This document shows, one piece after another, positions 27,651 to 38,700 of a stretch of DNA of 64,000 bases. The translations under genes and the position numbers were made by a program. The stretch is from a virus. Its lineage: Duplodnaviria > Caudoviricetes. The notes under the pieces are model-generated. The model searched no databases and was not told the DNA's origin. It was given only the letters and a program-made list of their open reading frames with translations. The stretch covers positions 1-64,000 of the IMG/VR virus record IMGVR_UViG_3300033069_001774; one strand, given 5' to 3'. Numbering within the stretch: position 1 is the first letter of the stretch; the number at the start of each line of letters is the position of its first letter.

Positions 27651-28640
27651 ATGCCTGACGTTGCCAACTTTATCGACAATGCCCAAACCCAGATTGCGGA
27701 GGGCGCCAAGAGTGTCACGGATGCTGCATCTCCGTATGCGCCAGGCCGCGGCACATTGCTATCAGCCCTTGTGGGTGGTGGGCTTGGCGCTGCACTTACT
27801 GGCGGTGCCGCCGCCATGTCACCACAAGAAGTCGGCGAGAATCCAGCAGCACGCCGCAAGCGCATTATCCGCGAAGCACTGACTGGCGGTGGTGTCGGCG
27901 CTGCAGCCGGCGCTGCGCTACCCACGGGTTACAACATGCTCTCCAACATGCTGCCCGAACGTACCGAGCTGGGCAAAACGTCACAGACGATCTCCGGCGC
28001 GTTCAAAGACGGCGAGCCTGTCAGCAACGCCATGGCGGCGCTGGGCACATTACCGGCTGTCGGCAGTATCTTTGGCCGTGCCACAGGGCTTTACGGCGCG
28101 GGCAAGCAGCACATTCAGGCGCAGACCAAAGATTTCCTGCATCGGTTCGGCACGGAATTCAACACAGTGCAGGACAAGCTGCGCGCGGAGGCCTTGGCGG
28201 AAATCAACGGCGCGCACCCAAATGTGCAGTCGGGCGTCCCAGATCCCAACGCTGTATCCAAGTTGTTTAACGCCAAGATGGAGACGCAGGCACCATCACA
28301 GCTGCGTACCATCCTCGGCGAAGCACGCGAACGTTTCGGCAAAGTCACATCTCCCGGGCCGGCAGGAACGCGCTTCAACCAGCCAACGCAACTGCGCCAG
28401 CTCAACAATCACGGTGATATTCTCGCGGCGTTGAATCACGAGCTGAACAAGGTCAATCCCAACTTCGCCTCCGGATACACTGGGCAGATGCAGCCGCACT
28501 GGGCGGGAGGCTTCGGACGTCGATTCCTGCCGAGCCGCGCTTCTACCATTGGCAGTGCCCTTCTCATGCTCTCGCCTTATCTGGTGCGCGCAGGTGCCGC
28601 CGGTGTGAGCAAGGTCGATCCAATGCTAGACACGAATTAA
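27651..28640 (+). CDS. Glycine-zipper protein, possibly ejected or membrane-interacting
   Basis: ALVGGGLGAALTGG and ALTGGGVGAAAGAA glycine zippers. Confidence 0.65.
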   Translation: MPDVANFIDNAQTQIAEGAKSVTDAASPYAPGRGTLLSALVGGGLGAALTGGAAAMSPQEVGENPAARRKRIIREALTGGGVGAAAGAALPTGYNMLSNMLPERTELGKTSQTISGAFKDGEPVSNAMAALGTLPAVGSIFGRATGLYGAGKQHIQAQTKDFLHRFGTEFNTVQDKLRAEALAEINGAHPNVQSGVPDPNAVSKLFNAKMETQAPSQLRTILGEARERFGKVTSPGPAGTRFNQPTQLRQLNNHGDILAALNHELNKVNPNFASGYTGQMQPHWAGGFGRRFLPSRASTIGSALLMLSPYLVRAGAAGVSKVDPMLDTN

Positions 28641-28644
28641 GCAA

Positions 28645-30135
28645 ATGCACAATCCCAACGAAGGCTTCACTAAAACTTGGATGGCGTCCGACTGGGGTGC
28701 TCTGACCGCAGACTGCGGCGGGCACTTCACCACGCTGTTTGAAAATCGACGTGGCATCAAGAACGCCGCGTCGCGTGTCTTCTCGCGCAAGGATCTGGAC
28801 GAGCATGCCCCCGATAAAGACCACTTCATGGTGCACCGCATCATCATGGGATCTGAAGAAGCCTACGACGCCAACAACAATGGTGACGGCTACCCCGCGA
28901 AGTCTCTGGAGAAATACCACCCGACGTTCGTGTCCAACGGGCACGTGTTCCGCGAGCACCGCAATGAGTCCCCACGCCTCAAGATCGGCGACATCAAAGC
29001 AGCACGCTATTCGCCGTCATTGCAGCGCGTCGAGCTGATCGAGCACTACAACATCAAGAAGGCTGCACAGGAATTCGAGAAGGCAAAAGCTGGCAAGGAG
29101 ATCCACGCCAGTCAGTCAACGTACGTGCCGTACGACGTGTGCAACTGCTGCAAAAAGCAGGCCAAGAACAGCAGCTACTACTGCGACCATCTGGCCAACC
29201 ACATGCTGCAGTATCTGCCCGAGTTTAAGAAGTACGCTTTCGCGTCGAACCCTATCCTGAACTTCTTTGACTCCTCTGCTGTGGAGAATCCCGCGGACCG
29301 CACCGCGCGCTATCTTGAGTACCGGTTTCCGCAGGGTTTGAGCAAAGCCGCCTCGGCCGCGCCGCGTGTCATCACCGGCGCACAGTGGGCGGAGTTCGAA
29401 GGCGTCAATCTCGCATCCCGGCTCCACTTATCACCAACTGAGAGCACCTGGCTGCAAAAGCTGGCGGCTGTAGAAACGCAAGGCATGCAAGGTGTGGATC
29501 TGTTCCGCGACCACGTTGCTGCTGTAGCTTTCAGCGAGTCCGCCTCGCTCTCCGGGGATGACATGCAACGTCTGCGTGAGCTGACACCGTCGACGTTTTT
29601 CCACAAGCTGGCATCCGCTTCCGTGCTGCTGCCGTTCGATGTGTTCGCCGGCTACATGCTCGACGCGGATCTGGAAACTGTGCGCGCCTCGGAAGACGTC
29701 AAAGCCGCAGCAGCGTCGCTGCCGAGTCTGTTTCGCAAGATGGCAGCAAGCGCAGCAGCAGGCGACAGTGTCTGCACCGCAGGGGACATGGCGCTGTTCA
29801 ATGCCGGTGGGCGTGTCGCTGCCGAGTACGATCAGGCGTTCAACCACGAACATCAGCGCGTGATCACTGCGACAGCCAAAGTTGCGAGCGTGGCACTGGA
29901 CGCGTTACGCGATCGTGTGGTGCGCGTCGATGTCGCCTACGACATGAATGTCAAACAAGCATCACAGCACGTGATCGATGCCTCACCACTGACACCACTT
30001 GCCGCGCTGTATGGCGTGTACAAAGTGGCAGCGCTGCGTGATATGTTTAACACGTCGTGTCACGCGCCTGAACATCATCGCGCAGCAACCGCAGCCGTTA
30101 TGCAGAATTTAGCCAACACTGTTATTTCGCGTTGA
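28645..30135 (+). CDS. Putative prohead (head maturation) protease with Zn-finger
   Basis: N.NGD.YP, HVFREH.N, GDI, VPYDVCNCC..YCDHL and DSSAVENPAD motifs; upstream of scaffold and capsid genes. Confidence 0.6.
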   Translation: MHNPNEGFTKTWMASDWGALTADCGGHFTTLFENRRGIKNAASRVFSRKDLDEHAPDKDHFMVHRIIMGSEEAYDANNNGDGYPAKSLEKYHPTFVSNGHVFREHRNESPRLKIGDIKAARYSPSLQRVELIEHYNIKKAAQEFEKAKAGKEIHASQSTYVPYDVCNCCKKQAKNSSYYCDHLANHMLQYLPEFKKYAFASNPILNFFDSSAVENPADRTARYLEYRFPQGLSKAASAAPRVITGAQWAEFEGVNLASRLHLSPTESTWLQKLAAVETQGMQGVDLFRDHVAAVAFSESASLSGDDMQRLRELTPSTFFHKLASASVLLPFDVFAGYMLDADLETVRASEDVKAAAASLPSLFRKMAASAAAGDSVCTAGDMALFNAGGRVAAEYDQAFNHEHQRVITATAKVASVALDALRDRVVRVDVAYDMNVKQASQHVIDASPLTPLAALYGVYKVAALRDMFNTSCHAPEHHRAATAAVMQNLANTVISR

Positions 30136-30203
30136 CACTCTGCCGCATAGCCTGACCTTTTATCCACAACATTTAAGCAGCACTCACTAAACCTGACTCC
30201 ACC

Positions 30204-31397
30204 ATGTCCGCACTTGCTTCACTCGAGACCCTCAAGAACCGCATCGCCACAACGAAAGCTGCGGCGACCAAGAAAGCTACGGACAGTGGAGCCCCCGCTG
30301 ACCCAACCAACGCCGGCACTGTCGCGATTCCGACGCAGCCGGATGCCGAAGATCCCGGCAAGATTGGCGCACCTCCCGGGAGCAAAGAGAACAAGAATCC
30401 TGCGGAAGACACCAACCGTCAGTCCATTGGTCTGGATCTGACGAAGCCAGGCCCAACCGGCACGGATGTTCCTGCGGTCGCCGATGGTACTGCTGCCGAT
30501 GCAGCTGCCACCGCCACCATGGGCAAGTCTGCTGCGCTGCTCGCCAACATCGCCGCCACCCGCGCCAAACTGAATCTCCCCGCGACGTCCAAAGTCGCAA
30601 GTGCTCCCGTCGCTGCTGCTCCAGCGCCCGCCGCACAGCCAGCTAGCGATGTGGCTACCGCCACCAAACAGGCGGGTGAAATCTTCCGCCAGGTCGGCGA
30701 GATCATCTGCGAAACCGAAGAAGGTCGCGCCATGGCGCAGCAGCTCATCGCCAAGAAAGCTGGACAGAACCGCGCGCTTGAACTGCTGCAGCAGTCCAAA
30801 CAGGCAGCTGCAGTTTATGAGCACGCTGGCGCGTTGTACGCCGCCGAGCAGCAGAAGCGCGCCGCGCAGGAGCAGGCTCTCGTCGACGAGTTCAACAAGC
30901 TCTCTCCTGGCGCTCAGGTGATGGCACGCAAAATGGCGCACATCTGCCAGACTGAGAAATTCAACAGCCCTGACGAGTACGCATGGTTCGTCAAAGGCGC
31001 CGCCATGATGGAAGACGCTCTCGCCGCCCAAGGTGGTGGTGATCCCGCTGCTGCAGGTGGCGATCCCGCTGCGGGTGGTGCCCCTCCTGACATGGCTCAG
31101 ATGGGCATGGATGGTGGCAACGGCGAACTCTCACCTGAAGCCATGCTGCAGGTGATCGAGCAGCTCGTGGCTCAGGGCATCCTCCCTGAAGAAGAAGCGC
31201 AGAAGATCGTGCAGGAACTGCTCGGTGGTGGCGCCGGTGGTGACCCCGCCGCTGGTGGCGCACCCGCTGGTGACCCTGCTGCAGGTGGATCCCCTGAGGA
31301 AGCAGCAGCGGCCAAGGAAGCTGCCGCCATCGTTGCTTCGCTCGGCGCTGTGCCTGACATCGAAGCTGTCGCGGCCTCGTTTGCCACGGCCGCATAA
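30204..31397 (+). CDS. Putative scaffold or head core protein
   Basis: Ala-rich coiled coil, GGDPAA repeats and about ten K-x-A motifs; between protease and capsid genes. Confidence 0.6.
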   Translation: MSALASLETLKNRIATTKAAATKKATDSGAPADPTNAGTVAIPTQPDAEDPGKIGAPPGSKENKNPAEDTNRQSIGLDLTKPGPTGTDVPAVADGTAADAAATATMGKSAALLANIAATRAKLNLPATSKVASAPVAAAPAPAAQPASDVATATKQAGEIFRQVGEIICETEEGRAMAQQLIAKKAGQNRALELLQQSKQAAAVYEHAGALYAAEQQKRAAQEQALVDEFNKLSPGAQVMARKMAHICQTEKFNSPDEYAWFVKGAAMMEDALAAQGGGDPAAAGGDPAAGGAPPDMAQMGMDGGNGELSPEAMLQVIEQLVAQGILPEEEAQKIVQELLGGGAGGDPAAGGAPAGDPAAGGSPEEAAAAKEAAAIVASLGAVPDIEAVAASFATAA

Positions 31398-31432
31398 GTT
31401 TTCGCGGTCCTACTCCTCACCATCTCACACGC

Positions 31433-31885
31433 ATGCCCCTACCCGACCAAGAAGTCCTGCAACTGCTGGACGACACTGTGGAAGCGAGCAAAGAACAATT
31501 GCTCGAAATTAAGAAGGCGCATGCGCAGCTCGCGACTGTCACAGCAGATCGCGCAGCACTCCAAGTTAAGGTGGCGGCGCTGCAGCAGGAAAACGAAACA
31601 CTCAAAAGTCAGTCAGGCGCCAAAGCTGCCTCAACAAGTTCACTGCCCGTTGAGATGTGCAATGGCATCGCCGAATCCCTCGTGGGTCGCGGCATCCTTA
31701 GCGCGTCAAAACAGGCGGCGTTCGCCTCCAATCTTTCCAGGGATCCTGCGCTTGTAAAATTTGCCTTCGAGAAGTTGGCAGAGCGCATTCCCCTAACCGC
31801 GACAGCGCAAGGCTCGGCCTTGGTTGCCACGGACGCACACTTTCAAGCAGTGACCGGTGGAGACTCAGGTACCCCCTGGATGTAA
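31433..31885 (+). CDS. Coiled-coil head assembly protein
   Basis: Heptad pattern and K-x-A motifs. Confidence 0.6.
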   Translation: MPLPDQEVLQLLDDTVEASKEQLLEIKKAHAQLATVTADRAALQVKVAALQQENETLKSQSGAKAASTSSLPVEMCNGIAESLVGRGILSASKQAAFASNLSRDPALVKFAFEKLAERIPLTATAQGSALVATDAHFQAVTGGDSGTPWM

Positions 31886-31918
31886 ATCGACCACTGCTCG
31901 AAGCAACACCAAAAACAC

Positions 31919-32482
31919 ATGTCAAACTACGGCACACTCCAGCGGTCCAAGCCGCGCCTGCGCGTTATCAAGGGCTATGTGGGTCAGAACTCGAACCAGC
32001 GCCAAGAAGTCGCCCCCGTCGCAAGCGGGATGGTGATCATGTCGGGCGCTGTCATCTCGAAGCTCTGGGTCACCGATCCCGGTCGATACGAGTGGGTGCT
32101 CGGCCTCGTCAGCGGAGCAACACCATACATCGCCCTGCAGGATTACAATGACTCCGACGTCATTGCTGCAGGCGGTCTGACCGGGCTCTCATGCGCCGGC
32201 CAGTTCACACTCGAGTCCGCATACTTCGTGGAAGGTACCACGGCGAACTGGCTCGACGGAGCAGCTGTCTCGGCTTACGCCAACGACGATGCTACCGCTG
32301 CCAACCGCGGAAAGCTCAAACTGGCTGCCACCAACGACCCTATCCTGGGTTCGGTGATCCGTCAGCACGCCGATCTTGACAATGCTCGTCCCTATTCGAG
32401 CAACGTCACGCCCGACGCTGACAACCGTGTTGAAGTGGTTCGCTTCGAAACCGGCTTCGTCAAAGGCAACCTCGCTGCCTAA
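31919..32482 (+). CDS. Putative capsid decoration or cement protein
   Basis: Beta-rich 187 aa directly before the capsid gene; GKLKLA...PILGSV. Confidence 0.55.
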   Translation: MSNYGTLQRSKPRLRVIKGYVGQNSNQRQEVAPVASGMVIMSGAVISKLWVTDPGRYEWVLGLVSGATPYIALQDYNDSDVIAAGGLTGLSCAGQFTLESAYFVEGTTANWLDGAAVSAYANDDATAANRGKLKLAATNDPILGSVIRQHADLDNARPYSSNVTPDADNRVEVVRFETGFVKGNLAA

Positions 32483-32509
32483 ACCCCTGACTGACATCAT
32501 CCATATATT

Positions 32510-33493
32510 ATGACATCCACCGATCCGGCCACTATCGCCGAAGCCACGGAAGTCTGGGGACCTGAGAAAAACGCCGCCTGGTTGCAGAGCATCCAGGGTG
32601 GCGACGGCGAGCGCAAGCAAGCCGCAGCAGGTGCCACAGACTTCACACGTCGCAAGCTCCGTGAATCTTCGTTCGTGCCTGCCATCCAGGCGCCGAAGCC
32701 GATCAAGCACAGCGACCTCACCCGTCTCCAGAACCCCACCACCGGCCAAAATCCGGAAATCGGTGTGTACGTCTGCGAGATGGAACCCGACTCCCCCGGC
32801 GCGCGTACCGTGCCGTTTGATGCGGCCCCCGATCAGAACAGCTACCGCGGAGATGTGTACCTCGTCTATGTGTCGAAAGACCAGACCGACGAAATGTACA
32901 AGCTCCTCGACGAGCTGGCCGGCTATAAAATGGACCTCCGGCAGGTCGTGACGGACAACATGTTGAAGGATCTCGACAACCGCGTCGACACCCGATACAT
33001 CGCGACCGTCAAGGAAATCACCGGCAGCACAGCCGGCGTCAACGGCCTCGGCGGTTACGAGCAGTACCTGGAGTACACTGGTGGCATCACCCGTGCCAAC
33101 TACAAGTACACGCTTACCCCGATGTACGACGCCGAGTTGAACAACGGCATCTTCCTCATGTCACGTCGCACTGCGGTGGAAATCGCAGGGTGGGGTCGAG
33201 ATGAAATGGGTGGTGATCTGTCTGAGCGCATCGCTACAGACGGCATGAACGCCCTCGAGAAGTTCAAGCTGTTCGGTGTCCCGCACATCGCCACCATCAA
33301 GCAGTCGCTGGTTGCCACCAACCACGTCTACCACTTCGCTCCGAGCAACTTCCTCGGTCAGTACGTGGAACTTGAGGCGCCCACCGTCTATGTGAAGAAG
33401 GAGCGTGACGCTCTCTTCTTCTACGCTCAGCGCAAGTATGGCTACAGCATCGGCAACGTTGCCGCAGTCGCACGAAGCGTGTTCCTGCCATAA
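32510..33493 (+). CDS. Major capsid protein
   Basis: 327 aa, strongly biased codons, RRKLRESSF, DL..(D)..Y, KLFGVPHIATIK and FA..NFLG; followed by a strong terminator. Confidence 0.75.
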   Translation: MTSTDPATIAEATEVWGPEKNAAWLQSIQGGDGERKQAAAGATDFTRRKLRESSFVPAIQAPKPIKHSDLTRLQNPTTGQNPEIGVYVCEMEPDSPGARTVPFDAAPDQNSYRGDVYLVYVSKDQTDEMYKLLDELAGYKMDLRQVVTDNMLKDLDNRVDTRYIATVKEITGSTAGVNGLGGYEQYLEYTGGITRANYKYTLTPMYDAELNNGIFLMSRRTAVEIAGWGRDEMGGDLSERIATDGMNALEKFKLFGVPHIATIKQSLVATNHVYHFAPSNFLGQYVELEAPTVYVKKERDALFFYAQRKYGYSIGNVAAVARSVFLP

Positions 33494-33530
33494 GGCGTGG
33501 TTCGCGTATAAAATGGATCTCCGACAGGTC

Positions 33531-33565
33531 AGCAGGGAGGGTCGCAAGACTCTCCCTGCTTTTTT
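33531..33565 (+). terminator. Intrinsic terminator after the capsid gene
   Basis: AGCAGGGAGGGTC-GCAA-GACTCTCCCTGCT followed by TTTTT. Confidence 0.9.
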
Positions 33566-33566
33566 A

Positions 33567-33595
33567 TTGCCCCAAAGAATCCCGCACCTTACACT
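33567..33595 (+). promoter_or_regulatory. Sigma70-like promoter
   Basis: TTGCCC-17 nt-TACACT, 6 nt before ATG 33602 (possibly leaderless). Confidence 0.45.
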
Positions 33596-33601
33596 TTCAA
33601 C

Positions 33602-33808
33602 ATGCCGACACCTGCTGATCTATACGCCCGTGAATTCCTCTGCACCATGTTCGACGCCGGTGTGCCGGTGCCGGTCGCATACGCGGAACTTGTCAAAGAC
33701 GCTTCGACGCGCGTGCAGCAGGGGGAGCCGGCGGACCGTCTCACCGCGCAGCCACTCTTTGAAGCAGGCCGCGCGTTCGCGCACCAACTGATGAACTCTG
33801 ACCCATGA
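33602..33808 (+). CDS. Hypothetical protein
   Basis: ORF after the promoter, coupled to the next gene. Confidence 0.55.
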   Translation: MPTPADLYAREFLCTMFDAGVPVPVAYAELVKDASTRVQQGEPADRLTAQPLFEAGRAFAHQLMNSDP

Positions 33809-34233
33809 AACAATTCGTCGACATCGCTTTGCTGCGCGAGCACCTGAATGACACATCCCGGGATGCAAGTAAGAACGCGAACCAGGATCTGGTTTGGGAT
33901 GACGCGGACATGTCGGCGGCTTTGGACAGCGTTGCGCGTGAGTACAACTCACTCCCACCGTTCGTGGGCGTTATTACGGACAGCAGTCGGTTGTCTGCGC
34001 TCACCAACATGTTCCTCGACGGTGCGGCATCATTCGCCATTGAGCGCTGGCTGCGCCGCCCACAACGTGAGCGTGTAGCGTACGAAGCTGGTGGAATCTC
34101 GACCGACCCCGACGGTGCCTTGATCGACAGCATGACCAAGCTTGCGGATGTGCTGCGCGGTCGTTTTGTTGCTGCAGCCACCGCCGCCAAGGCCAACCGC
34201 AATCTACTGAACGCTTTTCGCCGTGTCGGATAA
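33805..34233 (+). CDS. Putative head-tail adaptor or neck protein
   Basis: Position; LR..L.D...N...W.D...YN..PP pattern. Confidence 0.55.
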   Translation: MKQFVDIALLREHLNDTSRDASKNANQDLVWDDADMSAALDSVAREYNSLPPFVGVITDSSRLSALTNMFLDGAASFAIERWLRRPQRERVAYEAGGISTDPDGALIDSMTKLADVLRGRFVAAATAAKANRNLLNAFRRVG

Positions 34234-35068
34234 CCGCGCATTCACCAACGTTATCGTGCAGCCGGCGTACGGCGGCAATCACGCCGTATTGCGCTGGGTC
34301 GTGGGCAAAGCCTTCATCGAATGGGGCGCCTTGATTTACCGCTCACCCGATGGTGTTACGAGCTGGGAGCTTCTCAACCCGGACGACGAGCCGGTGTTTA
34401 CCAACGAGTTCTTGGACACCAATCTACCAGCAGCGGCGCGGCTGGATCGAGTACACTACCGCATTGACCTGGAGCACCCAACCAGCGGGGACTTTGTGGA
34501 AGGCCCTGTTCTGGCGTTTTATGAGCAGCTCAGTCCGTCGGATTACGCACGCGCGTCTCTGATGATTCGTGCTGAGCTGAAGCGCATGTCGCGCGGCGCA
34601 GGCATCCCCATGTTTCACTACGTGCCGCTGTCGCGCGGCGTCGTGAATCCTTTCTTTGACTCGGTGACCTGGCTGCAGTCGGGCTCGGAATGCAAATGCA
34701 ATCCCGACAAGTCTTACGGTATGCCTTTTGTGGGTGGGTTCGGGCCCCCGCTGCAAACGTGGGTGCAACTGCTCAACGTGCAACGCAGCCGCGAATGGAA
34801 AGATGACGCGACCGGCACCAAAGACTCTTCGCGCGCAACCGCTCGCCTGCTCTCCTTCCCACACCCCGCGCTGGGCCACATGCTCGTGCACCCCGCCACG
34901 GATGACCGCTATGTTGTGGCAGCAGGCGAAGTGAAGCCGTTCCTGTATCGCGGCATGGTGCAGATAGGTTTTGAGGTGACGCTCATTCTGCTGCGACGCA
35001 CTGACAGCCGCTACCAGGTGCGTGTCCCCGCACTAGACAAAGATCTCGCACTGCCTGACTACCGATGA
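34223..35068 (+). CDS. Putative neck or head-closure protein
   Basis: Position; N-terminal FN3-like L.W...IYRS.DG...W..LN. Confidence 0.55.
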   Translation: MSDNRAFTNVIVQPAYGGNHAVLRWVVGKAFIEWGALIYRSPDGVTSWELLNPDDEPVFTNEFLDTNLPAAARLDRVHYRIDLEHPTSGDFVEGPVLAFYEQLSPSDYARASLMIRAELKRMSRGAGIPMFHYVPLSRGVVNPFFDSVTWLQSGSECKCNPDKSYGMPFVGGFGPPLQTWVQLLNVQRSREWKDDATGTKDSSRATARLLSFPHPALGHMLVHPATDDRYVVAAGEVKPFLYRGMVQIGFEVTLILLRRTDSRYQVRVPALDKDLALPDYR

Positions 35069-35760
35069 GCGCAACCACCGCCAACATTGTGCAACCACCA
35101 CCGGATGTGGATCCTTATTTCGAGCAGGATCTACAGCAGGCGTGGTGTGAGGAGGAACGCAAGCCGTTCTCTGTCTCGCGCTTCCGCCGTGCGATCACAG
35201 GCATGGCACGCATCTTCTTCTCCACGGCAGAAAACTACTTCCCCGAGTCGCGCGAGAAGCTGGCATGCACGGTGTATAATCCAGACAACATCGCAGACTC
35301 CGGGCTGCTGGTGGGTGCAGCGTACGGCGATATTCCCGGCACCGCCGATTCGGGAACGCCGCGTGTCATGGTGCGCATGGGCGACATGCGTTATGAGAAG
35401 ATCGCTTTCGGGGACCGCATGGCGGTGTCTGAAAACACATCAGACGTCAGTTTGGTGAAACGCCTTAACGGGCAGATGCTGATCACAGCAGAGAGCATGG
35501 ACCAGGAGGTGCCGACATTACTGCTGGAACCGTTTCGCGATTTCTTGGAAGGCACCAAACACATCTGGATGTCCGGCGTGCAAGCCGACGTTTTTGAGGT
35601 GGACTCCTTGAAGGACATGGAGCTCATCGACGACAAGCCCGAGGTGCGCTACAAATCCACTCTGGTGTGCAGCTTCGCCGGTCGCGTGATTGTCACACGC
35701 TCAGAAATAGCGCTGCCGCTAAAACGCATTGTTCTCAAAGCAATCCCGCTACCCGTTTGA
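35065..35760 (+). CDS. Putative tail completion or terminator protein
   Basis: Position directly before the sheath gene. Confidence 0.5.
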   Translation: MSATTANIVQPPPDVDPYFEQDLQQAWCEEERKPFSVSRFRRAITGMARIFFSTAENYFPESREKLACTVYNPDNIADSGLLVGAAYGDIPGTADSGTPRVMVRMGDMRYEKIAFGDRMAVSENTSDVSLVKRLNGQMLITAESMDQEVPTLLLEPFRDFLEGTKHIWMSGVQADVFEVDSLKDMELIDDKPEVRYKSTLVCSFAGRVIVTRSEIALPLKRIVLKAIPLPV

Positions 35761-35785
35761 CACGCTAGCCGCAATCCCGCACATT
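35757..35785 (+). promoter_or_regulatory. Sigma70-like promoter of the sheath gene
   Basis: TTGACA-17 nt-CACATT, followed by TAAC. Confidence 0.5.
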
Positions 35786-35797
35786 TAACGCAACATC

Positions 35798-38700
35798 ATG
35801 GCCATCACGTCCTACTCCACCGATCATCGTCCAGGTCTTACCACGTACCAGCGTTTGGCTGTGGTCCCTTCCGGCACGACTCCCGCCTTGGCTGCCTGCA
35901 TCGTGGCGCCGAAGATGCTGCTCAACCGCGCGGGCAAGGAGACCATCCCTGGCGAGACGTTTAACGTTGCTGGACAGCTCCTGCGTTTCAAGCGCTTCAT
36001 CGGCAGCACAGCCACGAACCTCGACCTCACAGCTTTCGAAGTCGACAGTGACAGCGTCGCGGTGCACGGCGCTTCCCTCGAAGCTGCTCTGGCATCCTTC
36101 ACCAACGGCTTCAAGCTGGTCAGTCTGGCTGAGCCCAACGTGATCAAAATCAGCTCCGGTCAGGTGTCCGGCGGCAGCTTGAACGCTGCGTTCTATGGCC
36201 GCCCCGTCACTGTCGGCGACATCGTTTACGCTACTGGCATCAGTGGTGGCACAACTTTCAAGCGTCGCGTCATTGGCCTGCGTGGCGTCGTCGGTGATGG
36301 CACTTTCGGCGCCAACACCGCTGGTAACGACTCGCTGGCAGGCAACAGCTCGAGCAACCCCATCACCACCACCTCCAGCGCCGCGCAAGTTAGCGCCCCT
36401 GCCGACTGGACTGTCGGTTGCGGCACGCCTTCTGCGTTCAATGGCTTGGCGCGCGGCGCACGCTACCTGACCCAGTACGGTGAGCAGTTCGTTATCACCG
36501 TCAACACACCCGGAACCGCCGGGGTGCGTCAGGTGGAGACCGCCACAGTCGCGGGTACGATCGGCGCCAGCGGTGCTGGTAACGCTACCGTCATTGTCAC
36601 ATCCTCGGGGATGTCTGGCAGTCCGATCACATTGTCGGTTGCTGTGGCCAACAACGACACTGCCGCGCAGGTCGCCACCAAGATTCGTGCTGCTCTGAAT
36701 GGCAACAGCACTATTGCCGCACGTTTCATCGTGGGTGGCACTAGCGCTGCTGTGTCGCTGACGCGCATCGCACCAGTCGCCAATGACGGCACTCTGAACA
36801 TCAGCGTGGACAACGGCACGTGCTCCGGCCTGACACCAGCTCTCAGCAGCGCGGATACAACTGCGGGTGTGGCCAATGTCGCCACTGTCAACATCGCCTC
36901 CGCGTCTGGTCTGTTCAACGCCACCAACGTTCCAACGGTGTCGGTTGCAGGTGCGCACGTGGTCACCGATGCGAACGCCGGCGGTGAGCTGGCAGGTGTG
37001 GACATCACGCTGACCCCGCCAAACTCGGGCGATAGCCTGACCGCAGGCATGGCTTTCCGCATCACCGTGCTCGGCGATTACACACGTCTTACCACCGGCC
37101 AGGTGGTGCCCTCCGGCACATACACCGGGGTGAAGGACACCATCTACATGGTGCGTGTGACGCTGACCAACACCGTCGCAGGCAGCCTTACGGGCGCCAA
37201 GGTTTCGATCACGGACACCGCTGGTATCGACACAGCAGGTGCTGACGTGACGATCACTGACGACACGAACATTGACCTGGGCTCCTTCGGCTTGAGCATC
37301 AAACTCAAAGCCAACGGCTCCGGCACGGCGGCCGTGCGCGTTGGTGACATTTTCTTCGTCCGTGCCATCGCCGGTGTCGTCTCCACTTCATTGTTCGACA
37401 AGGTTGTGCTCGACGGTCCTGCCGTTGATACGCTGGTGTTCGATGACGTCGCTGACGACGTCTACACGGTGGCTTTCCGCCTGCCCTTCACTGGCGCCAT
37501 CGCGGCTGATGATGCCTCGGGTGGCGTCGCGTGGACTGCAGATGACACCAACGTGACCATCTCTGCGTCTCTGGATACGTTCGTTGCTACGCGCTCCGCC
37601 GGTAATGAGTGGTGCCCCTTCGCCACTGCTGTGGGGCAGTTGCAGGCGTCATACCGCGCCTTCTACTCTGTGGACGACAACAACGAGATGGTACCCATCG
37701 CGCTTGCGGAGGACATCACTGCCTACGCTGGGTCAGTTGACATGGACAACGACTTGGGCTTTGCGGCTCAGGAGGCGTTCCGTGGCTCTAAAGGCGAGCT
37801 CATCTACATCCTCAACACCGGCGGGCGCTCAGCCGCAGCATTCGCCGCTGCGCTGTCTACGATCGAAAACTCCAACGAGATCAGCTACCTCGGCGTCATC
37901 ACCGACGACGCCGCCGTGCGCGCTGCGTTGGCCACACACATTGACTCAGCGTCATCCAGCACTGTGCGCAATGTGCGCCGTGGCTACTGCGGCATCGCTT
38001 CTCCCGGGAAGTATCTGGTGCTTTCCAAGAAGGCGGACAACACCAACTTCACAGCCACTGTGTCACCATCTGGTGATGGCTTCCTTCTCGTCACCGTTGT
38101 GGCGGGTGCGAGTGAAGTGGTTTTTGGTGACCTTGGGTTGGTCGCGGGCGACCTCGTCGAACTCGACGGGGCGGAATACCCGCTCGCCTCTGTGGTGTCC
38201 GATTCGGAGTTGCTGCTGAGCCAAGGTCCCGACACGCAGATCAACCCTGCTGTCACGCTACGTGTCTTCAAGGCCGACACAGTTGCCTCGCAGGCCAGCT
38301 GGCTCCTGGAGCAGGCGGCCAGCTTGGCTAACCGCCGCATCTCCCTGTGCTGGACTGAACGCGGCACCAACATCGTTGACGGTGTGTCCACGGTTATCCC
38401 GTCGCGTTTCGGTGCCGCATTTGTGGCAGGTCTGCGCTCCTACTTGGCGCCTTCGGTCGGTATGACGCGCCAGGCTGTCAGCACCTACGTGCGCACGCCG
38501 CGCATGTACAGCCGCTACCGCGTTTCCGATCTGGATGCCATCGCAGCCGGCGGCATCATGATCATCGGGCAGGAGTCGAAAACGGGCAGCGTGCGCATCC
38601 GCCACCAGCTCACCACCGACGTCGACCACGGCATCCTCTACTGGGAGGACAACATTGGCGTGCGCCTCGACGCCCTGCAGCTGGAAACAGACGCAGTGCT

